Shown here: positions 46,840-56,509 of the stretch, in pieces
Position numbering within the stretch: the stretch's first letter is position 1
Layout of the letters: the number at the start of each line of letters is the position of its first letter
Assembly: GCA_050952625.1 (NCBI GenBank)
Contig: JBMNLH010000001.1
Location: 1,152,001-1,216,000, forward strand
Reading direction: 5' to 3'
Origin: Bacillota bacterium
GTDB lineage: Bacteria; Bacillota; Ch66; Ch109
Length of the DNA: 64,000 nucleotides
The notes under the pieces: model-generated
Database searches by the model: none
What the model was told of the DNA's origin: nothing
The model's input: only the letters and a program-made list of their open reading frames with translations
Program-made: the position numbers and the translations under genes

Positions 46840-48822
46840 ATGTTTAAGGTCTGTAAGTGGATCAGTCGAATCTTTATAATCTTTTTTCTTATAGGCATAC
46901 TCAATATTGTATTATTAAATATTCCTGGTTGTAGTTGGGGTGTTCTTCCGGCTCCACGACTTCCTTTTCCCGCCCAAATATTTGATGTAAATGGCCAGTT
47001 AATTGGTTCTATATATGAAGAGAATAGAGAAGAAGTAGCTTTGGAAGAAGTAGCCCCCTTCTTTCTGGAAGCAATTGTCGCCATTGAAGACTCTCGGTTT
47101 TACGAGCATAACGGCATCGACTTTCGGGCGGTGATAAGAGCTCTGTTAACTAATCTCAAAAAAGGACGGATAGTCGAAGGCGGAAGTACGATTACCCAGC
47201 AAACGGCCAAAAATCTCTACCTTACACCTGAACGAACTTGGAATCGAAAAATCAAAGAATTATATTATGCAATGCGATTAGAAGGTCAACTAACAAAACA
47301 GGAAATTTTGCAGCTTTATATCAACCAAATATATTTTGGCCATGGTGCTTATGGCGTGCAAATGGCGGCGAGAACTTTTTTTAATAAATCAGCCAACAAT
47401 CTCACAGCAGCAGAGTCGGCTCTGCTGGCTGGACTTACCCGCTCGCCGCGAAACTATTCACCTTTTCTCAATCTAGAGTCAGCCCGGGAGCGACGGAATG
47501 TGGTCCTTAATCGAATGGTGGAATTGGGCAAGTTATCAGCCAAAGAGGCTGAACAAATCAAAAAAGAACCGGTTCAGGTGGTCAATCAGGAACGGCCTTC
47601 CCCTAGGGCTGCGTATATAATTGATGAAATAAGAGAGTACATCATTACCAATTATCCTGATGGGGCATCGATGCTTGATAATGATGGACTGGCTATTTAT
47701 ACGACTATTGATTTACAAATGCAGGAGGCGGCTGAAAAAGCCTTTACTAACGGACTTGCTCATTTAGATAGCGAGTTAAACGGGGCCTTAGTTGCCATTG
47801 AGCCGATGACCGGACACATTAAAGCCATGTTAGGGGGGCGTAATTATCGTCAAAGCAAATTTAATCGGGCTTCCCAGGCAAAGCGCCAACCGGGTTCGGC
47901 TTTTAAACCTTTTGTCTATACCGCTGTTATTGATTGGGGTTATACTCCGGCCAGAATGGTCCAGTGTGAGCCAGTGGCTTACCCACAACCAGATGGGACC
48001 GTTTATGCACCAAAAGACTTTAGTGAACCGCTATATCACTACCGCGGCCTAACCTTGAAAGAAGCCCTGATGGTGTCTGATAACGTCATTGCCGTTCGCC
48101 TAAATCAAGAAATTGGTCCTTCAACTACAATAAAATATGCCGAACGGATGGGAATCCAAAGTGAACTGGGGCCCTATCTTTCTCTAGCCTTGGGTACCTC
48201 AGAGGTTACCCCTTTAGAAATGGCCGCTGCTTTTAGTCCATTGGCCAGTGGAGGTTACTACGCCGAACCCACTCTCATCCTGCGCATAATAAATCGCGCC
48301 GGCCAGGTTCTTGAACAAACCGAAACTAAGTCCCGAGCAGTTTTAGACGCGCGAACTGCCTATATCGTGACTGATATGCTGCAGGGTGTATTACAGCCAG
48401 GTGGGACCGCAGATCATCTCGCTCCTCTAGTCGGTCGACCAACTGCCGGCAAGACCGGCACAACCCAGGACCGCCGAGATGCCTGGTTTGTCGGCTATAC
48501 GCCAGAACTAGTAACTGCTGTCTATGTAGGGTATGATCAGCCGGATCGTCCAGTTGGGGTAGGGGGGAGAGTTGCTGGCCCTATTTGGGCTAACTTCACC
48601 CGGGAGGCCCTAAAAACAAAACCGGTCCGTTATTTTACCCGTCCCCCAGGCATAGTTATGTCCGAAATATGTGCTGACAGTGGTGCTAAAGCAACCTTTC
48701 ACTGTCCCCGGCGTCTTTCAGCCGCCTTTCGAGAGGGAACCGAACCGCTTATTGATTGTTCGATTCACCCTACTTTCGAAAACCAGACGGTACCCCTGCC
48801 AAACCTTGGTCTTTTCCCTTAG
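46840..48822 (+). CDS. Class A penicillin-binding protein (PBP1A family)
   Basis: EDSRFYEHNG, GGSTITQQ, RKIKE (transglycosylase); S-A-F-K, SDN, KTG (transpeptidase). Confidence 0.95.
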   Translation: MFKVCKWISRIFIIFFLIGILNIVLLNIPGCSWGVLPAPRLPFPAQIFDVNGQLIGSIYEENREEVALEEVAPFFLEAIVAIEDSRFYEHNGIDFRAVIRALLTNLKKGRIVEGGSTITQQTAKNLYLTPERTWNRKIKELYYAMRLEGQLTKQEILQLYINQIYFGHGAYGVQMAARTFFNKSANNLTAAESALLAGLTRSPRNYSPFLNLESARERRNVVLNRMVELGKLSAKEAEQIKKEPVQVVNQERPSPRAAYIIDEIREYIITNYPDGASMLDNDGLAIYTTIDLQMQEAAEKAFTNGLAHLDSELNGALVAIEPMTGHIKAMLGGRNYRQSKFNRASQAKRQPGSAFKPFVYTAVIDWGYTPARMVQCEPVAYPQPDGTVYAPKDFSEPLYHYRGLTLKEALMVSDNVIAVRLNQEIGPSTTIKYAERMGIQSELGPYLSLALGTSEVTPLEMAAAFSPLASGGYYAEPTLILRIINRAGQVLEQTETKSRAVLDARTAYIVTDMLQGVLQPGGTADHLAPLVGRPTAGKTGTTQDRRDAWFVGYTPELVTAVYVGYDQPDRPVGVGGRVAGPIWANFTREALKTKPVRYFTRPPGIVMSEICADSGAKATFHCPRRLSAAFREGTEPLIDCSIHPTFENQTVPLPNLGLFP

Positions 48823-48885
48823 CGTACAACAACTCAGATGGGTGGGAATAAGGCAGAAACATTACGTTGTTTTTTCTAGTTAGGA

Positions 48886-48912
48886 GCAGGAATTTTAGCT
48901 TCCTTGTCGAAG
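48886..48912 (+). promoter_or_regulatory. Sigma-H-type promoter for the small membrane protein
   Basis: GCAGGAATT-N11-GTCGAAG. Confidence 0.65.
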
Positions 48913-48977
48913 ACAACGAATGAACGAGTGGCGAGTTGGCGGATACAAGTTGTTAGTAGCTGGCAGGGGGTGAACTT

Positions 48978-49124
48978 TTGGAAACTGATTGGGGGTTGGT
49001 TTTTTCTGTTGTTGTTCAAGGATTTGGCGCAGTTGTCTTAGTCCTTTTAATTTTGATGTTCGCCTTAATGGGGGCTTCAAAAATTATCCGTTGGCTGGAA
49101 CGTTATGCTTCCGATGAGGCTTAA
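48978..49124 (+). CDS. 48-aa single-TM protein, OadG/MmdD-like, absent from the ORF track
   Basis: METDWGLVFSVVVQGFGAVVLVLLILMFALMGASKIIRWLERYASDEA; SD GGGGGTG, TTG start, own promoter and terminator. Confidence 0.75.
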   Translation: METDWGLVFSVVVQGFGAVVLVLLILMFALMGASKIIRWLERYASDEA

Positions 49125-49154
49125 GTCCAGTACTAATTTATTATTATAAGCTTG

Positions 49155-49186
49155 TAAACGCGAGGATTTTTCCTCGCGTTTAGTTT
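49155..49186 (+). terminator. Terminator after the small ORF
   Basis: TAAACGCGAGGA-TTTT-TCCTCGCGTTTA perfect 12-bp stem. Confidence 0.8.
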
Positions 49187-49260
49187 AGGGGATTTAAGTA
49201 TTTATAAAGCTTTTTCCAGATAGTTTATGGCAAAAAATTTTGTTAAAAATTTTTTGCGTA

Positions 49261-49287
49261 GCAGGAATTTTCGGAATTGTGTCTAAT
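49261..49287 (+). promoter_or_regulatory. Sigma-H-type promoter for the candidate sRNA
   Basis: GCAGGAATT-N11-GTCTAAT. Confidence 0.6.
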
Positions 49288-49294
49288 ATTATAT

Positions 49295-49375
49295 ACATAG
49301 ATCCGTAAGTAAAAATTTTTTAATTTATATACCCTCCTTCACTACATTGCCTCCTTTACAGGGGGTTCTTTTTTT
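49295..49375 (+). ncRNA. Candidate ~80-nt small RNA with anti-SD motifs
   Basis: Between a SigH-type promoter and terminator CCTCCT-TTAC-AGGGGG-TTCTTTTTTT; carries ACCCTCCTTC and GCCTCCTTT; no ORF. Confidence 0.5.
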
Positions 49376-49418
49376 GTTTTATTACTAGTTCGCTTTTCCT
49401 TTATAATCAGTCTTGACG

Positions 49419-49446
49419 GCAGGAAATATTCTGGATAATGTCGAAG
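49419..49446 (+). promoter_or_regulatory. Sigma-H-type promoter upstream of the Lon-like gene
   Basis: GCAGGAAAT-N12-GTCGAAG. Confidence 0.6.
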
Positions 49447-49660
49447 TAGGGTTCATGATTTAAGGGTTTATCTGTTTAGGCTATGTTTAAAACCTGGAGA
49501 CTAATCGTCAAAAACCTCCTAGCATATAACATATAATATAAACAAGGTGCCAGATCAAACACACTCTTTTTTGCAATTATATATCTTATGCTGAGCTCAT
49601 AATACTTCTGGAGTACGGGGCCGATTAGAGGTTAAAACTCTTCAGGAAAGGATGACATGA

Positions 49661-52072
49661 ATGAAAAAAAAGCTGCAAGTATCTTTAGATCAGACAAGAC
49701 ATCGCTGTGATTATACCCAGTTTGAGTTTGAAACTACTGAACAGGTATTACCCCTCCACGGTTTTATGGGTCAGGAAAGAGCTAAACGAGCCATCGAATT
49801 TGGTTTACAAATTGAGAGCCATGGCTACAATATTTTTATGACTGGCCCTGGAGGAAGCGGAAAAACCTCATTTGCCCGTAAAGTAATAAACGAGTTCGCA
49901 GCTAACAAAGCACAACCTAATGACTGGCTATATGTGTATCATTTTAAACAACGGGAAAAACCAAGAGCTCTATGTCTTCCTCCCGGCTGGGGGTCAAAAT
50001 TAAAAAACAGCATGTTAGACTTCATTGAAGAACTAAAAAAAGAAATACCCCGCGTTTTTGGTGGGGAAGAGTATGAAAAGCTTAAAGGAAAGATACTGGA
50101 AAAGTTTTATGCCCAAACAAATGAAATCTATCAAGAATTAGAACAATTTGCCCGAGGTGAAGATTTTGCCATCACTAAGACAGGCAATGGGTTAGCTAGT
50201 GTTCCTCTAATTAATGGACAGCCGGTAAGTGAAGAAGAATATGAAAACCAGCCAGATGAAATCAAAGAGAGTATTAAGGAACGTAACCGTCGAGTTCAAG
50301 AAAAAATGAATGAATCAATGTGGCGGTATAAAGAGTTAGAACGGCATACTAAAAACCGAATAAGCAAGCTTGAACAAGAGGTGGCTCATGAGACAATTGG
50401 CCCGTTTATCAATGAGATAAAGTCAGAATTCGAACATTTCCCCGAGGTGATTGAGTATCTAGAAGAAGTCGAAAATGATTTAGTTGAAAATCTTGACATC
50501 TTTATTGAGAAAGAAGAATCTCAAAATCCGGCTGCTCTATTTAAACGGTTAGCTCGCCAAAACATTTTTTATCGATACCAGATTAATCTACTCGTTGATA
50601 ACTCGGAGCTAAGAGGAGCACCAGTGATCGAAGAAAAAAATCCTACTTTTGGCAACCTTTTTGGAACTATTGAATATGAAGGAGAATTCGGGGTTCTCTC
50701 AACCGATTTTACGAAAATAAAAAAAGGGGCTATTCATCAGGCTAATGGAGGCTACTTAATTTTACAAGCAGCGGATGTTTTAAAGAGTGGTATTATTTGG
50801 GATACTTTAAAAAGAATCTTGCGTAATCGGGAAGTTGTTATTGAGAGTGTTTTTCGTAATCTTAATTTAGGCGGGGCAGTTACTCTCGATCCCCAGCCAA
50901 TCCCGATCAATCTTAAAGTTATTCTAATTGGTGAGCCATATCTCTATCATTTGCTTTACACTTATGATGAAGATTTTCGTAAATTATTTAAGATTAAAGC
51001 AGATTTTGATACTGAAATAGATCGGACCCGAGAATATATGGAGAAGTATGCTAGTTTTATCAGTCAAGCTTGCTACCGAGATAATCTTAAACATTTTGAT
51101 CGGACTGCGGTGGCTCGAGTAATTGAGTATAGTTCGCGTTTAGCAGAAGATCAAAATAAACTTTCAACATTATTTAATCAAATTGGAGAAATAGTAATTG
51201 AAGCGGCAACCTGGGCCACTATTAAAGATTCTGAGTTTGTTACTGCGGAACATGTGGATATGGCGATAAAGGAAAAGAATTATCGTTCTAATCGCCTTGA
51301 ATTGAAAATTCAGGAATTGATTAAAGAAGGCACTCTGATGATCGATATTGAAGGAAAGATTGTTGGACAGGTAAACGGGTTGGCTGTTTATAGTCTAGGA
51401 GACCATACCTTTGGGAAACCAAGTCGAATTACGGCCAAGACCTTTATGGGGGGAAGGGGCGTAATCAACATTGAACGTGAATCCAGAATGAGCGGGCAAA
51501 TCCATGATAAAGGGATTTTGATCTTAAGCGGCTATCTAGGTGGTCAGTATGCTCAGGATAAACCCTTGACCCTCTCCGCTAGTCTTACTTTTGAACAGTT
51601 ATACGGCGGGATAGAAGGGGACAGTGCTTCGAGTGCCGAATTATTTGCCCTTCTTTCCAGTCTTTCTGGTCTGCCTATTGATCAGGGGATTGCAGTTACT
51701 GGTTCAGTCAACCAACGGGGTGAGATTCAACCAGTTGGCGGGATAAATTATAAGATTGAAGGGTTCTTTCGGGTTTGTCAGGAACGTGGGTTAAACGGCC
51801 AACAGGGAGTAATTATCCCTAAACAAAACCTGAGAAACTTGATGCTTGAGGATGAGGTTGTTCAAGCAATAAGCGAAGGGAAATTTAATATTTGGGCAAT
51901 CAATCACGTTGATCAGGGGATAGAAATCTTGACTGGAGTACCGGCTGGCATAAAGCGTAAAGATGGGAAGTTTCCGGCTGGGACCGTTCATTATTTAGTT
52001 GATAAACAATTAAAAGCTTGGGCACGCAAAAATCGTCCTAGATTAACCAGTAATTCTCGAGATAAAGATTAG
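49661..52072 (+). CDS. Lon-like protease (LonB/LonC type with coiled-coil insertion)
   Basis: GQERA, GPGGSGKT, GAIHQANGGYL, GQVNGL, GDSAS (catalytic Ser), GG...KIEGFF (Lys). Confidence 0.92.
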   Translation: MKKKLQVSLDQTRHRCDYTQFEFETTEQVLPLHGFMGQERAKRAIEFGLQIESHGYNIFMTGPGGSGKTSFARKVINEFAANKAQPNDWLYVYHFKQREKPRALCLPPGWGSKLKNSMLDFIEELKKEIPRVFGGEEYEKLKGKILEKFYAQTNEIYQELEQFARGEDFAITKTGNGLASVPLINGQPVSEEEYENQPDEIKESIKERNRRVQEKMNESMWRYKELERHTKNRISKLEQEVAHETIGPFINEIKSEFEHFPEVIEYLEEVENDLVENLDIFIEKEESQNPAALFKRLARQNIFYRYQINLLVDNSELRGAPVIEEKNPTFGNLFGTIEYEGEFGVLSTDFTKIKKGAIHQANGGYLILQAADVLKSGIIWDTLKRILRNREVVIESVFRNLNLGGAVTLDPQPIPINLKVILIGEPYLYHLLYTYDEDFRKLFKIKADFDTEIDRTREYMEKYASFISQACYRDNLKHFDRTAVARVIEYSSRLAEDQNKLSTLFNQIGEIVIEAATWATIKDSEFVTAEHVDMAIKEKNYRSNRLELKIQELIKEGTLMIDIEGKIVGQVNGLAVYSLGDHTFGKPSRITAKTFMGGRGVINIERESRMSGQIHDKGILILSGYLGGQYAQDKPLTLSASLTFEQLYGGIEGDSASSAELFALLSSLSGLPIDQGIAVTGSVNQRGEIQPVGGINYKIEGFFRVCQERGLNGQQGVIIPKQNLRNLMLEDEVVQAISEGKFNIWAINHVDQGIEILTGVPAGIKRKDGKFPAGTVHYLVDKQLKAWARKNRPRLTSNSRDKD

Positions 52073-52106
52073 GAGTACTTGATTCGATTTATTGGAGGTG
52101 TTGTTA

Positions 52107-52427
52107 TTGATAAAAAAAAGCAGCAAAGGTAAACGGTTAGGTTTAGGGTCGGGGTTACTATTTTTTTTCTTATTAACTATGTTAGCTGGGTGTCAATTAC
52201 CGGGATCTCAGACAAAAACTCCTGAGTCAACTCCGGTTTTAACCAAAGTTGAGGTGCATTTTACCGGGAATTCAGAACCTCTTGTCGGATATGTTAAAGA
52301 TTTAGATGTAGCTAATGATGGAACTGTGTATCAAGGCGGTTCTTCAATCGCCCGGCTATATGATCAGAATGGTAATTTAATAGCTGTTTTTAATTATGCT
52401 CGTGTTGAATACATTAAAATTATTTAA
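52107..52427 (+). CDS. Small lipoprotein of unknown function
   Basis: Basic N-terminus, hydrophobic stretch, lipobox LAGC; TTG 52107 after SD GGAGGTG. Confidence 0.75.
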   Translation: MIKKSSKGKRLGLGSGLLFFFLLTMLAGCQLPGSQTKTPESTPVLTKVEVHFTGNSEPLVGYVKDLDVANDGTVYQGGSSIARLYDQNGNLIAVFNYARVEYIKII

Positions 52428-52429
52428 AA

Positions 52430-52456
52430 GAAGGATTTTCTGACCTTATGTAGAAA
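52430..52456 (+). promoter_or_regulatory. Sigma-H-type promoter for the MCP gene
   Basis: GAAGGATTT-N11-GTAGAAA. Confidence 0.55.
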
Positions 52457-52574
52457 AATCTAACAATAAGTATTTTAGCAATGAAGGGAGGGACTTAAGC
52501 TTCTTCTACTAATTTAAATCCTTGGGAATATAGCTACAGACATACTCTATTTTCCGGCTAACAGGAGGGAGCGG

Positions 52575-54269
52575 ATGAAGAAAATACGGATTGGGGTTAG
52601 GCTAAAACTAGGCATTGTTTTTGCTGCAGTAGTAATTCTTCTGGCACTAAGTATGGGAACTTATGCCTACGTAACCATGAAGGACAAAGTAATTGAATCT
52701 GCTCAAGAAAAATTAGAATCTGACTTGCAGTTAGGTAGGAAGTTATTAGAAACTCGTTACCCAGGGGATTGGTCTATTAAACAGGGTCAACTCTACAAAG
52801 GGGATACCTTAATGGAAGGTGATCTAAGTATAATAGACGAGATCGGAAACCTAACTTCCGACTCGGTTACCATCTTTAGGGGCAATACACGAGTCGCTAC
52901 TAATGTTTCTATTGATGGAGTACGGCAAGTTAATACCCAAGCCGCACCACAGGTTCAAGAAACAGTACTGCGTCAAGGCAAAACTTTCCTAGGAGAAGCT
53001 GATGTCGTAGGAATTCGTAACCTAACCGCTTATGAACCAATTCTCAATTCACAGAATGAAGTAATTGGGATGTGGTTCGTGGGAGTACCAGTGACTCCAT
53101 ATGAGCAGATGGTGGATAAATTCCGCAATAGTTTGGTTTTATTTGGTATATTCGGGTATCTACTAACCATGAGCGCAGCCGGAATATTCTCTTCAAAAAT
53201 ATCAAAAAGAATTTTGCTGGTAGCCGAGGCTATGAAAAAGGCAGAAGCTGGGGATTTGACAACCACCGTTCAGCTTAAGGTTAATGACGAACTGGGACAA
53301 TTAGCCTGTAGTTTCAACCAAATGATGGCTAACTTGCAAGGTCTCATTCATAAGATTGATGAGGTTGGTCTGCAGATTAATAGTTCCGCCGAAGAATTAA
53401 GTGCCGGAGCTGAAGAAACTGCAGAGGCTATCGGAGTGATGACCAATAGCCTTCAGGAAGTTACTGTAAATACAATGACTCAGTCTAACAATGTTGATAA
53501 GACAGCTACTATGGTAGAACGAATGTCCGAAGGTGTTCAACAAGTAGCCCGTAACTCAGCCCAAGCTTCAACTGCCTCCCTAGAAGCGGCCGGAGTGGCT
53601 GAAGAAGGGGGCGACCTGATCAAGCGGGCAGTTGGTCAAATGACGGTAATCGACAAGACAGTTACGGATTCAGCCTTAAAAGTTCAATCCTTGGGAGAAA
53701 AATCCCTGGAAATAGGACAGATTGTTGATGTTATTACCAGCATCGCTGGACAAACAAACTTATTAGCCCTTAATGCAGCCATTGAGGCAGCACGGGCAGG
53801 AGAACAAGGACGTGGATTTGCAGTTGTGGCTGAGGAAGTGCGGCAGCTAGCCGAACAGTCCGCGGAAGCAGCTAAAAGAATCGCCCAGTTAATTAATGAG
53901 ATCCAGCAAGAGACCCAAATTGCAGTTCAGGCGATGAACCAGGGGACAATAGAGGTTAAGAACGGCCTGGAAGCTGTCTCTTGCGCGGGCAAGTCCTTTG
54001 CTGACATCGTCCAGGCTATTCAGAAAGTGAATCGGGAAATTGAAGCAGTAAGTGCTTCTAATCAAGAAATTGCGGCCAACTCCGAGGAAGTGGCGCGAGC
54101 GGCTGGTGGAATTCGTAATCTAGCTCTAAATTGTTCTGCCGGTGCTAGAGAAGTTTCCGCAACGGCTGAAAAACAATTGTCAGCTACCCAGCAGGTTGCT
54201 AACTCCGCTATTGCCTTGGCCCGTATTTCTCAGGATTTAAAAGAAGCTGTACAACAGTTTAAAATCTAG
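52575..54269 (+). CDS. Methyl-accepting chemotaxis protein with a Cache-type sensor and HAMP domain
   Basis: Two TMs, TIF.G.TRVATN sensor motif, [42 protein letters not shown]. Confidence 0.96.
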   Translation: MKKIRIGVRLKLGIVFAAVVILLALSMGTYAYVTMKDKVIESAQEKLESDLQLGRKLLETRYPGDWSIKQGQLYKGDTLMEGDLSIIDEIGNLTSDSVTIFRGNTRVATNVSIDGVRQVNTQAAPQVQETVLRQGKTFLGEADVVGIRNLTAYEPILNSQNEVIGMWFVGVPVTPYEQMVDKFRNSLVLFGIFGYLLTMSAAGIFSSKISKRILLVAEAMKKAEAGDLTTTVQLKVNDELGQLACSFNQMMANLQGLIHKIDEVGLQINSSAEELSAGAEETAEAIGVMTNSLQEVTVNTMTQSNNVDKTATMVERMSEGVQQVARNSAQASTASLEAAGVAEEGGDLIKRAVGQMTVIDKTVTDSALKVQSLGEKSLEIGQIVDVITSIAGQTNLLALNAAIEAARAGEQGRGFAVVAEEVRQLAEQSAEAAKRIAQLINEIQQETQIAVQAMNQGTIEVKNGLEAVSCAGKSFADIVQAIQKVNREIEAVSASNQEIAANSEEVARAAGGIRNLALNCSAGAREVSATAEKQLSATQQVANSAIALARISQDLKEAVQQFKI

Positions 54270-54301
54270 TCTCTTTAAATCTAATCTCAAAGGAAAATTT
54301 A

Positions 54302-54331
54302 TTTCTAGCAATTTCTAGCAATTTATAGCAA
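54302..54331. repeat. 10-bp tandem repeat, three copies
   Basis: TTTCTAGCAA TTTCTAGCAA TTTATAGCAA. Confidence 0.7.
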
Positions 54332-54332
54332 T

Positions 54333-54371
54333 AAACCCGGATCCGAATTATGATTAAGTAGATCTGGGTTT
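54333..54371 (+). terminator. Hairpin after the MCP gene
   Basis: AAACCCGGATC-N17-GATCTGGGTTT. Confidence 0.55.
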
Positions 54372-54438
54372 GTTACTTTTGACTTCCTAATTTACAATTT
54401 TAAATAGACTTAATTATTATAATGATGGAGACAATTAC

Positions 54439-55125
54439 ATGGTGCAAATTCTTGATTTTGTAGTTCGTAAGCGATTAGGCTTTGACGTTCGAATAAACTC
54501 TGACCAGGCAACAGTTGAAGACTACCGCCGGGCACTTAATGAATGGATAGATCATAAGAAATGGGATCGTTTACGAAATCCATCAGTGATTAATTGTGCC
54601 GGCTGTAATTGCTGTTGTCAGGAACGCATTCCTCTAACGATAATAGATATTATAAACCTTAAACAAGCTAACGAGCCCGGAGTCGAGGCCGACAATACAA
54701 TTGTCGGAGGAGTACAAAAATGGGGATATGTTTGGGCAAAAGGTCCAGTCGTTGATATTACGCTCCGGCGAATGATTAGTGGAACCTGTACATTTCTTGA
54801 TCCGAGCACCTCGCTTTGCCGAATATATGCACATCGTCCCTTCGTTTGTCAAACTTATATTTGTTGTCCCAGCAGTCAGAGAGCTCAGTCCTTACGCGAA
54901 GCAATAGTCAATATAGGGGAAGATGAGCTGGTCCGATTATGGTTACAAGAGTTAATTCAATCAGAAGTAGACATTCAAAACTCCCCGCCAGTGAACCAGG
55001 GTAAAGAAGTATGTTTGTCCCTGAAAGATTGGTCGGCTACCCCTTTTACCGGGGCCGAAAGCTGGTCAAAAGTTAAACTGAGAGATTTATGCACCGACCA
55101 TTTATGGGAAGCTCTACGACGATGA
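54439..55125 (+). CDS. YkgJ-family cysteine-cluster (CxxCxxCC) protein
   Basis: CAGCNCCC, CTFL....CRIYAHRPFVC..Y. Confidence 0.88.
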   Translation: MVQILDFVVRKRLGFDVRINSDQATVEDYRRALNEWIDHKKWDRLRNPSVINCAGCNCCCQERIPLTIIDIINLKQANEPGVEADNTIVGGVQKWGYVWAKGPVVDITLRRMISGTCTFLDPSTSLCRIYAHRPFVCQTYICCPSSQRAQSLREAIVNIGEDELVRLWLQELIQSEVDIQNSPPVNQGKEVCLSLKDWSATPFTGAESWSKVKLRDLCTDHLWEALRR

Positions 55126-55263
55126 GGCTATTCTTTCCCCAAGAGCCTCGAATTACCGAAGAAAAAGAACAAAGCCAACCAGGAAAAACAATAACAATAG
55201 CGAATTAAAGATATAGGAATATCAACTGGTATTGCAGGTTGTGATTTATAAGGGGGGATTAGC

Positions 55264-55458
55264 GTGTCCGTTCAAGAACAGGAGAAGTTTGTTCAAACCC
55301 GGTGCGCCTTTTGTGGTCGTAAAGAGGACATACCAGCCGGTCATAAAGACTATGAAAAAATTAGGTTAAATGTAAAAGTTGTATATATTTGTAATCATTG
55401 TAATAACAAGGCGCGTTATGATGCTGATGAATCATTAAAACCCAAAAAACCGATGTAA
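55264..55458 (+). CDS. Small zinc-ribbon protein (DUF2197/YlaI-like)
   Basis: CAFC and YICNHC pairs; SD AAGGGGG. Confidence 0.75.
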   Translation: MSVQEQEKFVQTRCAFCGRKEDIPAGHKDYEKIRLNVKVVYICNHCNNKARYDADESLKPKKPM

Positions 55459-55483
55459 GTTTAAAGGAACGAAGGGATTACCG

Positions 55484-56287
55484 TTGGAAAAAGTATGGTT
55501 TACTAATTCACGGGGAGAGAGACTCGCTGCAGTATTTCAACAGCCAGAGTGTACACCAGGAGCCACCCTGATCATAACCCATGGGTTTCGCGGTAGTAAA
55601 GAGGGAGGCGGTCGGGCGGTCCTCTTGGGTGAAGAATTGGTAAAGCGGGGTTATGGCGTATTCCGGTTTGATTTTAGTGGTGTTGGGGAAAGTGAAGGAG
55701 ATTTTTCAGAAATCACCCTGGCCCGTCAGGTTGATGACTTGCTGGCGGCAGTGAATTGGGTCCTTAATTTTGGTACCGGTCCCAGGATACCCTTAGTAGG
55801 ACTTGGGCGCAGTTTCGGAGGAAGTACTTTGCTTGCGGCAACTGCCAAGGAATCAAGAATTGCCGGGGTTTGCTTGTGGTCAACGCCTTTCGACCTCCCC
55901 CAAACATTTAGGCGGATTTTAGGAGAATACTTCACCCGGCTGGAGTTAGGAGAAACAATAGTCGAACTATGTGATGAGAAGGGAGTATTCAGCCTAAAAC
56001 CTGATTTTGTCCACGGCCTCTATCATTTCAAAGTGGAACAAGTGCTGAGCCGGCTTAGTCCACGTCCGGTCCTGATTATTCATGGTGAAAATGATGAAGT
56101 AGTTGATGTTCAACAGGCCAAACAGACTTATGCCTTAGCTTCGCAACCTAAGTCAATTCACATCATTCCCAAGGGAGATCATCAGTTTCTGCAAACTTGG
56201 GAACAGGTCTGGCGTCTGCTGTTTGAATGGCTTGATCAGTATTATCCGGTCGCGGATAAGCAAATTAACACATTGGGTTTGTTGTAA
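55484..56287 (+). CDS. Alpha/beta hydrolase
   Basis: HGF, RFDFSG.GESEG, GRSFGG nucleophile elbow, IHGENDEVV, GDH. Confidence 0.9.
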   Translation: MEKVWFTNSRGERLAAVFQQPECTPGATLIITHGFRGSKEGGGRAVLLGEELVKRGYGVFRFDFSGVGESEGDFSEITLARQVDDLLAAVNWVLNFGTGPRIPLVGLGRSFGGSTLLAATAKESRIAGVCLWSTPFDLPQTFRRILGEYFTRLELGETIVELCDEKGVFSLKPDFVHGLYHFKVEQVLSRLSPRPVLIIHGENDEVVDVQQAKQTYALASQPKSIHIIPKGDHQFLQTWEQVWRLLFEWLDQYYPVADKQINTLGLL

Positions 56288-56336
56288 CAAGTAATTAATT
56301 TAAGTTAATTAAAAATAAGTCCATTAATTTATGACA

Positions 56337-56371
56337 AGAGTCCTCTTTATTAATTGAGGACTCTATTTTTA
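56337..56371 (+). terminator. Intrinsic terminator
   Basis: AGAGTCCTC-N10-GAGGACTCT followed by ATTTTT. Confidence 0.75.
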
Positions 56372-56509
56372 TGTCGATTCTCTCTAGAATAATAATACAA
56401 TAAATCAAAAATAATGTTAATATATTACAAAATTGGATGAAGGAAACATAAATTATTTATAGAAAATAAATTGGTATAAACTGTAACTTTGATAGGGGGG
56501 TACTTTATC

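Noticed and set aside
54302-54331. CRISPR array
   Set aside because: The 10-bp units have no spacers and no cas genes are present; I saw no repeat-spacer array anywhere in the window.
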